Positions 18,664-28,495 of a stretch of DNA of 64,000 bases are shown here, one piece after another. The notes under the pieces were generated by a model. The model did no database searches. It was not told the DNA's origin and was given only the letters and a program-made list of their open reading frames with translations. Origin of the DNA: a bacterium (GTDB taxonomy: Bacteria; Patescibacteriota; Minisyncoccia; Moranbacterales; UBA2206); the NCBI GenBank assembly GCA_021788105.1, contig JAJYKZ010000001.1:19333-83332 (forward strand), given 5' to 3'. The position numbers and the translations under genes were made by a program. Positions within the stretch are counted from its first letter, which is position 1. Every line of letters starts with the position of its first letter.

Positions 18664-19770
18664 CTATTTTTTCAGCGCGTAAGTATTGTTGATTTTAACA
18701 AAAGAATTTTCGTTGTTCAAATTGATAAGCACGGTCGCTTTCTTCACCTTGCGGATTTTCATAACTTCCGACATAATTTCATCCTTGGTCATCGGCTTTC
18801 CGCTTTTTGCCAAAATATCTTTCAAAACATCTTTAATGGTTCCCTGCTTGTATCCCCATTCTTTCAAGGCATAAATTCCCCGCCCGATCAGCACGAATCT
18901 GTCGTCTTTGATGAGCTCATTATGCACCGTTTGAGGATGCGCCTTTCTTTTGCTCAAATTATGTTTATCGATCAATTGGGCGATTTCAGAAAAATGCAGA
19001 GGCTTTTCATTTTCCTTCAGCACGAGATGAATCCGTTCCTTGGTTCCCTTAGGATTGATTTCGGGCCAATGCGCCAAGCCCCATTTTTCAAATTTGTTTT
19101 TCTTGATCTTGGAAAAAACCTTAAGAAAACTTGCGATCTGCTTTTTTGTCAGTTCGGACTTTTTGGATGATATTTTTTCGATTATTTCATCGTCAACCAA
19201 AAGATTTTTCTCTATCTGCAATATTTCTTCGGACAATGCGGACAACTCCTGGGCCTTTTCCATAATTTCCTTGGAAACCATCCAGGATTTTTCGATTATT
19301 TTTTCTATTTCTTCAATAATAACCCTGTCGGAGATGGCGGAAAAAAACTTTATGGAATTGATCTCCTTCTTGTCTTTGCCGCCCAGCTTTTCCAGAATTT
19401 CCTGTTCTTTTATTATACCATCATTTTCATGGATTGTAAAAATAATTTTTTCTTCGGCCGCTTTGAATTTTTCGTCGCTTTGTTTTCCGGAAATTCTTCT
19501 GAGGGCATCGGAAATAATCTGCCGGACGCGCTCCCGAGTGATCCTGTAATCTCTCCCTATTTTTTCAAGTGTTTGCGGCTTTTCTCCGGACAAACCGAAT
19601 CGCTTGGCCAGAATTTCCTGCGATCTTTCCGGCAGGTCGGACAATAAATGGCTGGCGGCATCAAAAAAACTCAGCTCTTTGAGAGCATTGTTCTGATCGA
19701 TCGTTTTTTGACCCCTTTGGCCGTTATTATTCATAAATTTATACGCGAAACAAATTACTTTTTTAGTCAA
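18664..19770 (-). CDS. DNA-binding protein with a sigma-70 region-4-like HTH at the N-terminus and a C-terminal winged-helix-like domain
   Basis: TLEKIGRDYRITRERVRQIISDALRRI resembles sigma-70 region 4.2. No region 2 is visible. The true start is possibly the internal Met (MNNNGQ). Confidence 0.45.
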   Translation of the reverse strand: MTKKVICFAYKFMNNNGQRGQKTIDQNNALKELSFFDAASHLLSDLPERSQEILAKRFGLSGEKPQTLEKIGRDYRITRERVRQIISDALRRISGKQSDEKFKAAEEKIIFTIHENDGIIKEQEILEKLGGKDKKEINSIKFFSAISDRVIIEEIEKIIEKSWMVSKEIMEKAQELSALSEEILQIEKNLLVDDEIIEKISSKKSELTKKQIASFLKVFSKIKKNKFEKWGLAHWPEINPKGTKERIHLVLKENEKPLHFSEIAQLIDKHNLSKRKAHPQTVHNELIKDDRFVLIGRGIYALKEWGYKQGTIKDVLKDILAKSGKPMTKDEIMSEVMKIRKVKKATVLINLNNENSFVKINNTYALKK

Positions 19771-19796
19771 GCCATATTAGCACATATTGAATATTT

Positions 19797-19825
19797 TTGT
19801 CAAGGGTGACAGGTTTCATTAATAA
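19797..19825 (+). promoter_or_regulatory. Putative sigma-70-type promoter for the plus-strand pyrD/pyrC island, with an overlapping palindrome TGTCAagggTGACA
   Basis: TTGTCA at 19797..19802, 17 nt spacer, TAATAA at 19820..19825. Strong SD AAAGAGGAGG lies 6 nt upstream of the ATG at 19904. Confidence 0.3.
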
Positions 19826-19903
19826 TGTTATACAAAAAATAATGTGTTGTTTTAAAAATGAATAAATCTCTTAAAGAAATCTTAACAAAAGAGGAGGCTG
19901 AGG

Positions 19904-20879
19904 ATGAAAATAGGAGGAGTCGAATTTCATAACATATTCCTTCCTTCAGGAACTTTGAATTTTGAGAAGCAAGGTTGGCCGCATCATAAGCTGTATAAGC
20001 TCATTCCTGGATTTGGATACAAGAACGCCACCTTTGTCGCCAAAACGACGACGCTTCTTGAAAGACCTGGAAATATAGAATTGGATCCGGAAACATTAAT
20101 GCCCAAAAAAAATGTTTCCTGATTGTATTTATGTAAATTTCTGGAAGGCGCTTGTCATGAATGTAGTAAACCTGAGCGGCCCAGGTGCAAAAATTCTTTT
20201 TGAGAGAGGCAAATGGTTTGAGATTCTTGAAAACTTCTGGCTTTCTTTTATGACCATAGCAGAAACAAAAGAAGAGCGACTAAAAGAATTTCAAGATTTC
20301 ATAGATCTCTTAAAAAAATATTTGCCTTTTTTCAGAGCCAGGATCGGACTTAAAGTAAACATCACTTGTCCAAACACGGCGCACAACCTCAAGGAGATCG
20401 AGGATGAAGTCATGCATTTTTTAGAAATCGCCGCCAGACTGGGAATTCCCATTGGGATCAAAGTCAATATCTTCACTAGCACTAAAACAGTAAAAAGAAT
20501 TTTCAATGCCGGCCTTTGTGATGCAGTTTTCGTGTCTAACACGATCAGATGGGGAGAAATTTCCGAACGAATAAATTGGGAAAAGCTGTTTGGAAGAAAA
20601 GTATCACCTCTGAAAAAATATGGTGATAATGCTGGAGCCATGTCAGGCTGGCCCGCATTGCCGCTAGTAAAAGAGTGGGTCTCGGAGGCAAGAGGGATAG
20701 GAATCGACGGAATAATTATAGGAGGAAACGGAATATCTCGCAAAGAACACATAGATTTACTTTTTCCTCTCGTGGACGGATTCTCCATAGGTTCGGCCGG
20801 AATGGTTCGGCCGCATAGATTGCAAGGACTCATAAATTATGCGGATCAAAAAATTACAGAAAGAAACGGGAGAAACTAA
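19904..20879 (+). pseudogene. pyrD: Dihydroorotate dehydrogenase-like gene (class 1, catalytic Cys retained) interrupted by a frameshift in an A8 run at 20105..20112
   Basis: ORF 19904..20122 (GVEFHNIFLPSGT..VAKTTTLLERPGN) and ORF 20112..20879 (VVNLSGPG..NITCPNT..IIIGGNGI..GSAG) align to consecutive parts of DHODH. Removing one A joins them. Confidence 0.6.
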
Positions 20880-21947
20880 ATGAAAAACGAACCAGAAGAA
20901 ATTGTTCTTGAAAATCTCTTCTCACAACATTCGCATTTGCGAGAAGGAAAAATGCTTGATGCCACGGTGCCGGCCAATTCCCCCTATTCTCTGGTTGTCC
21001 AAATACCAAACCTTGCAAATCCGGTTGATTCAGGAAAACGGTTAAAAGAACATCAAACCGAAGTCCTGTCTCACGAGCCGAATTTTCAGATCGTATGGGG
21101 AATCATGATAACTAAAAGAACCACCCGCCAAGATATCAAAGATGCTTATCATCTTGGAGCTCGCTTTATTAAATACATCCCAGCAAAAACCTCTACTAAT
21201 TCTTCAGGTGGAATTGGAATAACTCTCGATGAACTGCCAAACCACTATGACAAATTCGAAGAGGGTTTCAAGCTCGGAATGGCATCCCTCAACCACATTG
21301 AGAGAGCCTATACCAAAGACGGCAAAGAAATCCCATACATATTCCGAGAAGAAAGAGCCATCGAAGATTTTGACCGACTGGTGCGCACCTTTCCAAGAGA
21401 AAAAATTAGGGCGGAACATGTCAGCACTCGTTCACTTATAGATTATATTGCCACTGCCCCAGCCAATGTTAAGGGCGGCTTTGCCATTCAGCATGCCAAA
21501 AAAACATATGTCGATGTTTTTCCAAGCTCAGGCAATATCATCTATGAAAACTTCTGTATGCCGGTCTTAAAAAATGAATACAACCGGCAAATGGTGGAAT
21601 GGGAAATGGCAAAAGGAAATCACAAAGACTTCCGTTATACCCCTGATGATGCATATCATCCATGGGGGAAAAAGCTCGAGAGCATTCCAGGATGTTTTCT
21701 TCCGCCTATCATTGCACTTCCGCTTCTGTGCCAAATCTTTGAGAAACACGGAGCACTGAATCGCCTACAGGAATTCGCTGGCATAACAAAAGGGGATGAA
21801 GAATTTTTCGGCATCCAAGCTGAAAAAAAGAAAAAGATTATAATGATAAATGAGACTTGGAGGGTTCCGGAAATAATCCACGGCACAGCCCCCTTCATGA
21901 AGGGAGAATTACTGAGCTGGAAAATAAAGGAGGTAATAGAGATATAA
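20880..21947 (+). CDS. pyrC: Dihydroorotase-like amidohydrolase (E. coli type II PyrC-like)
   Basis: FSQHSHLREGKMLDATVP...IPNLANPV parallels E. coli WHLHLRDGDMLKTVVP...MPNLAPPV. KYIPAKTSTNSSGGI parallels KLYPANATTNSSHGV. Confidence 0.65.
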   Translation: MKNEPEEIVLENLFSQHSHLREGKMLDATVPANSPYSLVVQIPNLANPVDSGKRLKEHQTEVLSHEPNFQIVWGIMITKRTTRQDIKDAYHLGARFIKYIPAKTSTNSSGGIGITLDELPNHYDKFEEGFKLGMASLNHIERAYTKDGKEIPYIFREERAIEDFDRLVRTFPREKIRAEHVSTRSLIDYIATAPANVKGGFAIQHAKKTYVDVFPSSGNIIYENFCMPVLKNEYNRQMVEWEMAKGNHKDFRYTPDDAYHPWGKKLESIPGCFLPPIIALPLLCQIFEKHGALNRLQEFAGITKGDEEFFGIQAEKKKKIIMINETWRVPEIIHGTAPFMKGELLSWKIKEVIEI

Positions 21948-21991
21948 ACACAAAAGGCTTCGCGCTAACAAGCACGGAGCCTTTTAAAATT

Positions 21992-22984
21992 CTACAACCC
22001 ATACCTCACCTTATTCGCCTGCTGTTGTTCATAACTTTTGGCATAAATCGTCTGGCCGGTTTTGGGATCGTTTAGAAAATAATCGTAATTGGAGTCGGTC
22101 GGATGAATCGATGCTTGAATCGAGCCGAGTCCCGGATTGGAAATCGGACCGGGCGGCAAACCTTTGTTGAGATACGTGTTGTACGGCGAAGCGGTTTCAA
22201 CGTCCTGCAAAGAATATTTTATTTTGGCAGTATCTAAAATATATGCGAGCGTCGAATCACATTGAAGCGCCTGGCCGTTTGACAAACGATTCCACAAAAT
22301 GCCGCTCACTATCGCCCGGTCTTCCGAAGTTTTTACCTCCATCTCCACGATGCTTGCCATCGTGATTATGTCATGGATGGACTTGTCATCTTTCGCGATG
22401 TCCGATCGCATTTGTTCATTAAGTTTCATATTGAAATTATCAATCATCCGCAAAACAATGTCTTTGGCTGTCGCATCCTTGGAAAAATAATAAGTATCGG
22501 GAAAAAGATAACCCTCCAAACTGTTTGCATTATTAAGATAACCGTAACGATTTTTAATGTCTTGCGGAGGACTGTCCACAATTTGCAAAAAACCGTTGCC
22601 GTCCAATCCATCAGCCGTGAGACGATCGGACATTTTTTTGCCGGTCCAGCCTTCCGGGAAAGTTATGATGATAAATTTTTCCGTACTGGTGATTGCTATG
22701 GCAATTTCCGGAATGGTCATATTGCCGCTAAGCTGGTACTTGCCGGGCAAAATCTTATTAGTGAGATTATGCGTTCGAAGATAGATGTAAAAATACCAGT
22801 TATTGGAAATCAATCCGTCATTTTGAAGACGTGAAGCAACTTCTGCATTTCCTTCTCCCTTATTGATCGTAAAAATTTCCTGATTTTTATTTTTACCATG
22901 GGAAAAATAAACTTGATAACGCAAATAAAAAAATCCCCCCGAAAGGGCAATGACCAGAGCAATAATTGTGATTATTTTTTTCAT
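21992..22984 (-). CDS. mltG: Endolytic murein transglycosylase MltG (YceG family)
   Basis: N-terminal TM, YceG-like domain, conserved LPPGPISNPG motif. Confidence 0.8.
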   Translation of the reverse strand: MKKIITIIALVIALSGGFFYLRYQVYFSHGKNKNQEIFTINKGEGNAEVASRLQNDGLISNNWYFYIYLRTHNLTNKILPGKYQLSGNMTIPEIAIAITSTEKFIIITFPEGWTGKKMSDRLTADGLDGNGFLQIVDSPPQDIKNRYGYLNNANSLEGYLFPDTYYFSKDATAKDIVLRMIDNFNMKLNEQMRSDIAKDDKSIHDIITMASIVEMEVKTSEDRAIVSGILWNRLSNGQALQCDSTLAYILDTAKIKYSLQDVETASPYNTYLNKGLPPGPISNPGLGSIQASIHPTDSNYDYFLNDPKTGQTIYAKSYEQQQANKVRYGL

Positions 22985-22987
22985 CTC

Positions 22988-23608
22988 TTAATTGGCAGGC
23001 GCCAGAGGAATAAAAGAAAATCCGGGAAAATTTTCTTCGCAAAATTCAGTTTCGCTTTTCTTTTCTAAATATACAATGCTGTTTCTGACAGGCATTACCA
23101 GTTTTCCTCCGATTTTCAATTGATCTTTGAAGGCCTGGGGAATTTCTTCCGTCGAGGCCGAACAGAGAATGCGATCGTACGGCGCTTTCTCCAAAAAACC
23201 TTCGTTTCCGTTCGCGCAATAAAACTCCGCTATTCCCTTTTTAATAAATTCAAAACGATTGACATGTTTTTTGGCATATTCCACTAAATCATCCACAAGA
23301 TCGATGGCAATCACCCTTCCCTTTTCTCCGACAATGTAGGACATAAGCGCAGTCGTCCAGCCCGATCCGCTTCCGACGTCCAAGATATTCTGTCCCTTCT
23401 GCGGATCAAGAAGTTCCAGCATAAAAGCCACCGTTGAAGGCTGGGAAATAGTTTGCCCATATCCGACCGGCAATTCGACATTCTTTTCCGCGCTTTCTTC
23501 AAAACCATTGGGAACAAATTCCAACCGGTCGATCGATGCGAACGCGTCGATGATCGCATCGGTCTTCAGATATCCGTTTCTTACCAATTCGTTTACGATC
23601 CTGCTCAT
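22988..23608 (-). CDS. pcm: Protein-L-isoaspartate O-methyltransferase
   Basis: GYGQTISQPSTVAFMLELL and SAM-binding ILDVGSGSGWTTALM. Confidence 0.85.
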   Translation of the reverse strand: MSRIVNELVRNGYLKTDAIIDAFASIDRLEFVPNGFEESAEKNVELPVGYGQTISQPSTVAFMLELLDPQKGQNILDVGSGSGWTTALMSYIVGEKGRVIAIDLVDDLVEYAKKHVNRFEFIKKGIAEFYCANGNEGFLEKAPYDRILCSASTEEIPQAFKDQLKIGGKLVMPVRNSIVYLEKKSETEFCEENFPGFSFIPLAPAN

Positions 23609-23613
23609 AGCAA

Positions 23614-24054
23614 TTACAATCCAATAACTTGAATTATTATGTCCCGCGTTCTTGAGCCGTCCATTTCAGCCAAAAATATGCTTTGCTTTTCAGTCAGAAG
23701 CAATTTTCCTTTTTCGATCGGGATAGTTTCGCTTATTCCCAAAAGAATACTTTTAGTGTGCGAATGGCCGTTGCTTCTTCCGTCAGAACTGCTGGCGCGG
23801 TTAAGTTCGAACAAATCATGGGAATAGCTGTCAGTAGCCGGGACCAAGCGATAAAGAACGCGCATAAAATCCTGAATGAGCATCGGCTCGTTATGATTCA
23901 CAACAATTGAGGCGGTCGTATGCGGAGAATAAACCAGCACTTGACCCTCCCGAATTCCGGAATTATGAATCACCTCTTCGACTTGGTCGGTTATATCAAC
24001 AAATTCAATTTGGCTTTTACTTTTTATGCTTATGTTTTGTTTGTGTATTTTCAT
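23614..24054 (-). CDS. YjbQ/UPF0047 family protein (secondary thiamine-phosphate synthase-like)
   Basis: VYSPHTTASIVVNHNEP...D is the YjbQ signature. Confidence 0.7.
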   Translation of the reverse strand: MKIHKQNISIKSKSQIEFVDITDQVEEVIHNSGIREGQVLVYSPHTTASIVVNHNEPMLIQDFMRVLYRLVPATDSYSHDLFELNRASSSDGRSNGHSHTKSILLGISETIPIEKGKLLLTEKQSIFLAEMDGSRTRDIIIQVIGL

Positions 24055-24059
24055 AAATT

Positions 24060-25181
24060 TTATTTTTTGAAGACTTCGGCAACCACTTTTGCAGCACGCA
24101 CATCGAGCGCGCTTACCACTATTTTATCAGCAGTCGGTTTTTTTATCAACTCGGCGATTGCTTTGGCTGCTTTCAATTTGTGCTGATCGGTAATTATTTT
24201 TGTCCGGCTGTCCAAGGCGCCTCGAAAAACTCCCGGAAAAGCCAGGACGTTGTTGAGTTGGTTGGGATAATCCGACCGGCCGGTCGCCACCACTTTCGCG
24301 CCGCCTTTTTTCGCTTCTTCCGGCATAATTTCCGGCGTTGGATTGCTCATCGCAAAAACAATCGCGTCTTTGTTCATGGTTTTTATATCCTCCGCTTTCA
24401 AAAGATTGGGCGCGGAAACTCCGATAAAAACATCCGCTCTCTTCAAAGCGTCGCGCAGCATGCCCATAACATTATGTATGTTAGTGAAATGGATCAGTTC
24501 TTGTTTAGCCACATTTAAACCGCCGCGTTCTTTATGGATAATGCCCTGACTATCGGCCAAAATAATATCCCGCGCGCCATATTTGTGGAGCAACTTAGTA
24601 ATAGCGATACCGGCCGCGCCGGCGCCCGAAATTACGATTTTAACTTTACCGATTTTTTTATTCACCACTTTCAGAGCATTGATGATTCCCGCCAGAACGA
24701 CAATGGCCGTGCCGTGCTGGTCATCATGAAAAACCGGAATGTCCAATTCTTTTTTCAAAGCCTCTTCTATTTCAAAACAGCGCGGCGCAGAAATATCTTC
24801 CAAATTAATCCCGCCGAAAGTCGGCGCGACATTTTTCACAATTGCAATAATTTCTTTCGGGTCTTGCGTGTTCAAAACCAGCGGAATGGCATCCACGCCA
24901 GCCAATTCTTTAAAAAGCAAAGCTTTTCCCTCCATCACCGGCAAGGCGCCTTCCGGGCCGATATTGCCCAAACCCAAAACGGCCGAACCATCGGAAATGA
25001 CTGCGACCGTGTTTTTGCGGATCGTGTATTCGAATGAAAGTTTTTTGTTTTTGGCGACCGCCTTGGAAACTTCCGCCACACCGGGCGTGTACAGAACTGG
25101 CAAAGTTTCTTTCGTTAATTTCTTTTTTGATTTAATTTCAATTTTTCCGCCGAGCTTTTTGGAAAGTTGCAGTGAGTTCAT
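24060..25181 (-). CDS. NAD(P)-dependent malic enzyme (short form)
   Basis: LPVLYTPGVAEV, GLGNIGPEGALPVMEGKALLFK, Rossmann ISGAGAAGIA. Confidence 0.8.
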   Translation of the reverse strand: MNSLQLSKKLGGKIEIKSKKKLTKETLPVLYTPGVAEVSKAVAKNKKLSFEYTIRKNTVAVISDGSAVLGLGNIGPEGALPVMEGKALLFKELAGVDAIPLVLNTQDPKEIIAIVKNVAPTFGGINLEDISAPRCFEIEEALKKELDIPVFHDDQHGTAIVVLAGIINALKVVNKKIGKVKIVISGAGAAGIAITKLLHKYGARDIILADSQGIIHKERGGLNVAKQELIHFTNIHNVMGMLRDALKRADVFIGVSAPNLLKAEDIKTMNKDAIVFAMSNPTPEIMPEEAKKGGAKVVATGRSDYPNQLNNVLAFPGVFRGALDSRTKIITDQHKLKAAKAIAELIKKPTADKIVVSALDVRAAKVVAEVFKK

Positions 25182-25183
25182 AA

Positions 25184-26113
25184 TTATTTTTTGCTCAATT
25201 TCAATTTCTTATACACACTTCCCGCTGCCACCGCGCCTTCCGCCACTGCCGTGATAATCTGGCGAAATTTGTTAGACCCGGTCGTAACGTCGCCGGAAGC
25301 GTAAACAAATTCCACATTGGTTGCTTGCGCTTGATCGACAATGATGTATTTTTGTTCGTCTAATTTAACTCCCAGATTTTGCGCCAAGACTACGCCCGGC
25401 ACCGATCCGATCTCGATGAATACCCCCTGCACATCCAACGTCTCGTCTTTAGGCGCATCCATTGATTCATACACGACTGCCGCCACTTTCTGATCTCCTT
25501 TAATTTCTTTTATATTTTTGCAACAACGTATTTCAATTTTTGAATTAGCCCTCATCTGATCTTCCCAGGACGGCTCCCAATTGGAAGTTTCACGATACAG
25601 AAGATAGACTTTTTCAGCAAATTCCGAAACATGAATGGCCGCAGTCGCCGCCGCGTCGCCGCCGCCGATGACAACTACGTCTTTGTTACGAAAAAACATT
25701 GCGTCACAAGTGGCGCAGTAAGAAATTCCCTTGCCGATGAATTTATCTTCTCCAGGAATGTTCATCTTGCGAGGCTTCATACCCAAAGACAAAATAATAC
25801 TCTTGGATTTATAAGTGTCTTTTCCAGCTACCACTTCAAACACATCGCCGTTTTTTAATATTGAAGACACGTCCGATTCAACAATCTGCGCTCCCAAATG
25901 ATGCGCATGGTGCTGAAATTTCTCCATTAAAGTTTTTCCGGGAATGGAAATTTCTCCCGCCCAGTTTTCGATTTCAGCAGCTTCCGTCACCTGACCGCCT
26001 ATTTCATTGCCGATCAAAAGATGATCCAGCTTATAGCGCGAAGCATAAATTGAAGCGCCCAATCCGGACGGTCCGGCGCCGACGATGATGAGATCATAAA
26101 TTGTGTTTTCCAT
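25184..26113 (-). CDS. trxB: Thioredoxin-disulfide reductase
   Basis: FAD motif DLIIVGAGPSG; redox-active CATCD; NADPH motif VVIGGGDAA. Confidence 0.85.
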   Translation of the reverse strand: MENTIYDLIIVGAGPSGLGASIYASRYKLDHLLIGNEIGGQVTEAAEIENWAGEISIPGKTLMEKFQHHAHHLGAQIVESDVSSILKNGDVFEVVAGKDTYKSKSIILSLGMKPRKMNIPGEDKFIGKGISYCATCDAMFFRNKDVVVIGGGDAAATAAIHVSEFAEKVYLLYRETSNWEPSWEDQMRANSKIEIRCCKNIKEIKGDQKVAAVVYESMDAPKDETLDVQGVFIEIGSVPGVVLAQNLGVKLDEQKYIIVDQAQATNVEFVYASGDVTTGSNKFRQIITAVAEGAVAAGSVYKKLKLSKK

Positions 26114-26157
26114 AGTTTTTTAATTTTAAGTTGTTGCACTATAAATTATATAACTAT

Positions 26158-27102
26158 TTACAAAGTTGTGATAGGCCGAGACTGAGTAATATAAAATTTT
26201 CCTTTTTCCAATGCCCACTCAATATCTTGCGGTTTTTTGTAATGCTTCTCGATATTTAAACAAATCTTAGCCATAGCTTTAATTTGAGTGTCAGTCAATT
26301 TCTGCTTTTCCTGTTTTGAAATTGGAACTTTAGTTTCCACAATACCCTTCGCACCATTCTTCACAATCATCATTTCCTGCTGAGAAATATTTTTATCTAA
26401 AATAGAATTATCTTGCTTACGAACAATATAAGTATCAGGGGTTATTTTTCCGCCCACAATCGCCTCTCCCAATCCATATCCTGCTTCAATTACCATTTGT
26501 TTCCGATCGCGTGTCACCGGATGAGCTGTAAAAGAAATTCCAGAAATTTCCGATTGGACCATTTTTTGAACAACAACAGCGACAGAAACTTTTTGATCAT
26601 GCAGTTTTTTCTCAAACCGATAAAAAATTGCCCGGGGAGTAAAAAGCGATGACCAGCAGAGTTTGACCGACTCCAATAAATTTTTCTTAGTAACATTCAA
26701 ATAAGTTTCCAATTCACCGGCCCAAGAAGCCACCGACGAGTCTTCTGCCGTAGCAGATGAGCGAACAGCTACCAAAGGAGCTTTCAGAATTGAAAATTCT
26801 TTTGTTATTTCCTGCGCAATATCTTTGGGAAATTTTGCGTCCAAAATCAAATCTCTAATTTTCTCCGAAGCTTTCTCAACTGAATTGATGTTATCCGGTT
26901 TTACCTTTTTTATCACAGCTTCTATTTCCACATCTAAATCAGTTTCTTCTAAAAATCTATCAAAAGCCGATGCCAGCACAACAAAACCCGGCGGCACCGG
27001 AATTCCCGCCTTGGTCATTTCGCCAAGCGATGCACCTTTTCCTCCCGCAATGTCGACGTTTTTATAGGTCAGTTGTTTGAATGTTTTGATAAATTCAGGC
27101 AT
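26158..27102 (-). CDS. Stand-alone ATP-grasp nucleotide-binding protein (PPDK_N-like)
   Basis: GGKGASLGEM, VAVRSSATAEDSSVASWAGELETYLNV, VAVVVQKMVQSEISGISFT, DIEWA. No His domain or TIM barrel follows. Confidence 0.75.
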   Translation of the reverse strand: MPEFIKTFKQLTYKNVDIAGGKGASLGEMTKAGIPVPPGFVVLASAFDRFLEETDLDVEIEAVIKKVKPDNINSVEKASEKIRDLILDAKFPKDIAQEITKEFSILKAPLVAVRSSATAEDSSVASWAGELETYLNVTKKNLLESVKLCWSSLFTPRAIFYRFEKKLHDQKVSVAVVVQKMVQSEISGISFTAHPVTRDRKQMVIEAGYGLGEAIVGGKITPDTYIVRKQDNSILDKNISQQEMMIVKNGAKGIVETKVPISKQEKQKLTDTQIKAMAKICLNIEKHYKKPQDIEWALEKGKFYITQSRPITTL

Positions 27103-27114
27103 ACAAATTTAAAC

Positions 27115-28488
27115 TTAATTTTTTAAAATCTTCACAATACCTTTATTTGCATCAACCTCGACCAAATCACCATCTTTCAAAATTTTCGTTGCAATTTTAG
27201 TTCCAATGATACAGGGCTTATTCCATTCCCTCGCAACAATTGCTGCATGACAAGTTATACCCCCTTCGTCCGTTACAAATGCCACTGCTTTTTTCATGCA
27301 TGGCATAAAGTCAGGAGTAGTCATAGTTGTTATTAAAATATCTCCTTCTGAAACCTTACTTTGCTCACTGGCCTTTAAAATAATCCTTACCGTACCTTTA
27401 ATTTTTCCGCTGCAAGCTACCATTCCTTTCAATTCTTTAATATCGTGAATTGCAGATATGTTAAGTGAATTTATTTTTTGAATTAATTTTTTTCCAAATA
27501 ATAATTCAATTTTATTATCATGAAGCAAAAAACCATGACCCAATTTCCTTTCTTTTATAATTTTATTCGAAACTTTTATATTTTTTTCAAACAAATCTTT
27601 TATTTCACTCAAAAGATAGTATCCTAGGTCATTTTCTTTTACTAAAAATTTCTTGCCTATTTCATTCCAAAGAGTCTCTAGGTAAAATAGAGCTTCGTAA
27701 AGCTTTTCTGTTCGATAATTTCTAAAATAAACGAATTCTTTCATTAAATTCATGAACTCCTCTTCTTTTTTGTCAAATTTAAATCTATTCTTTATTGTTC
27801 CGTATTTTTTATTGTTCAAATCTAATTCCTCTAGCTTTTTTTTGAAAAAATTAAAATCATAACCTTTCGAGAACGGCTCCCTATACCCTAAAAAAGAATA
27901 TTTATTTAAATGTTTTTTTAGAGCTTGATCTAAATCTACTTCAGAATAATTATGATTTTTAATTCTTCTAAGATCAATTTCCTCCAAAACAGGAGAATTC
28001 ATTTTTTCAGGCTTGGAAATATTTATAAGAATACCATTCATTTCGCTTTCTTCAATCCCCTTTTTCTTTAAAATATCAATCAGTTTATCTTCAATAGATT
28101 TTGCTAATGGGTGTGTTTGTGGTAAAAAAACTAATAAATTCTTCAGAAGCTCTACGCTAATCCAAAAATCATTTTCAAGCTTACTAAGATTAGTTTTATT
28201 AATTTTTAATTTTCGCGAAAAACTTATTAACTTTTCTCCATTAACATATCCATTCTTGGTAAAATCCCAGAAAAAATTAAGCGGTTTGTTTTGATACTTT
28301 TTAGCAACAGCTTCCATCCAATTCATATCAAAATAAAAATCACCATCAATAATTTCTAAATTTTTAACATAGTCATTAAATTTAGCAATTTTTTTAAATC
28401 TCTTTTCGTCATTCCAAGACCTGATTAAAATATCATCTGTCAAAACAGCGTGCTTTCGTGATAATAATTTTTGAAAATTTGGTTTCAT
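27115..28488 (-). CDS. Paralog A: divergent N-terminal domain plus C-terminal PEP-utilizers mobile (phosphohistidine swivel) domain
   Basis: C-terminus ...LKGMVACSGKIKGTVRII...[48 protein letters not shown]...[19 protein letters not shown]. Confidence 0.7.
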   Translation of the reverse strand: MKPNFQKLLSRKHAVLTDDILIRSWNDEKRFKKIAKFNDYVKNLEIIDGDFYFDMNWMEAVAKKYQNKPLNFFWDFTKNGYVNGEKLISFSRKLKINKTNLSKLENDFWISVELLKNLLVFLPQTHPLAKSIEDKLIDILKKKGIEESEMNGILINISKPEKMNSPVLEEIDLRRIKNHNYSEVDLDQALKKHLNKYSFLGYREPFSKGYDFNFFKKKLEELDLNNKKYGTIKNRFKFDKKEEEFMNLMKEFVYFRNYRTEKLYEALFYLETLWNEIGKKFLVKENDLGYYLLSEIKDLFEKNIKVSNKIIKERKLGHGFLLHDNKIELLFGKKLIQKINSLNISAIHDIKELKGMVACSGKIKGTVRIILKASEQSKVSEGDILITTMTTPDFMPCMKKAVAFVTDEGGITCHAAIVAREWNKPCIIGTKIATKILKDGDLVEVDANKGIVKILKN

Positions 28489-28495
28489 GTTTTAC

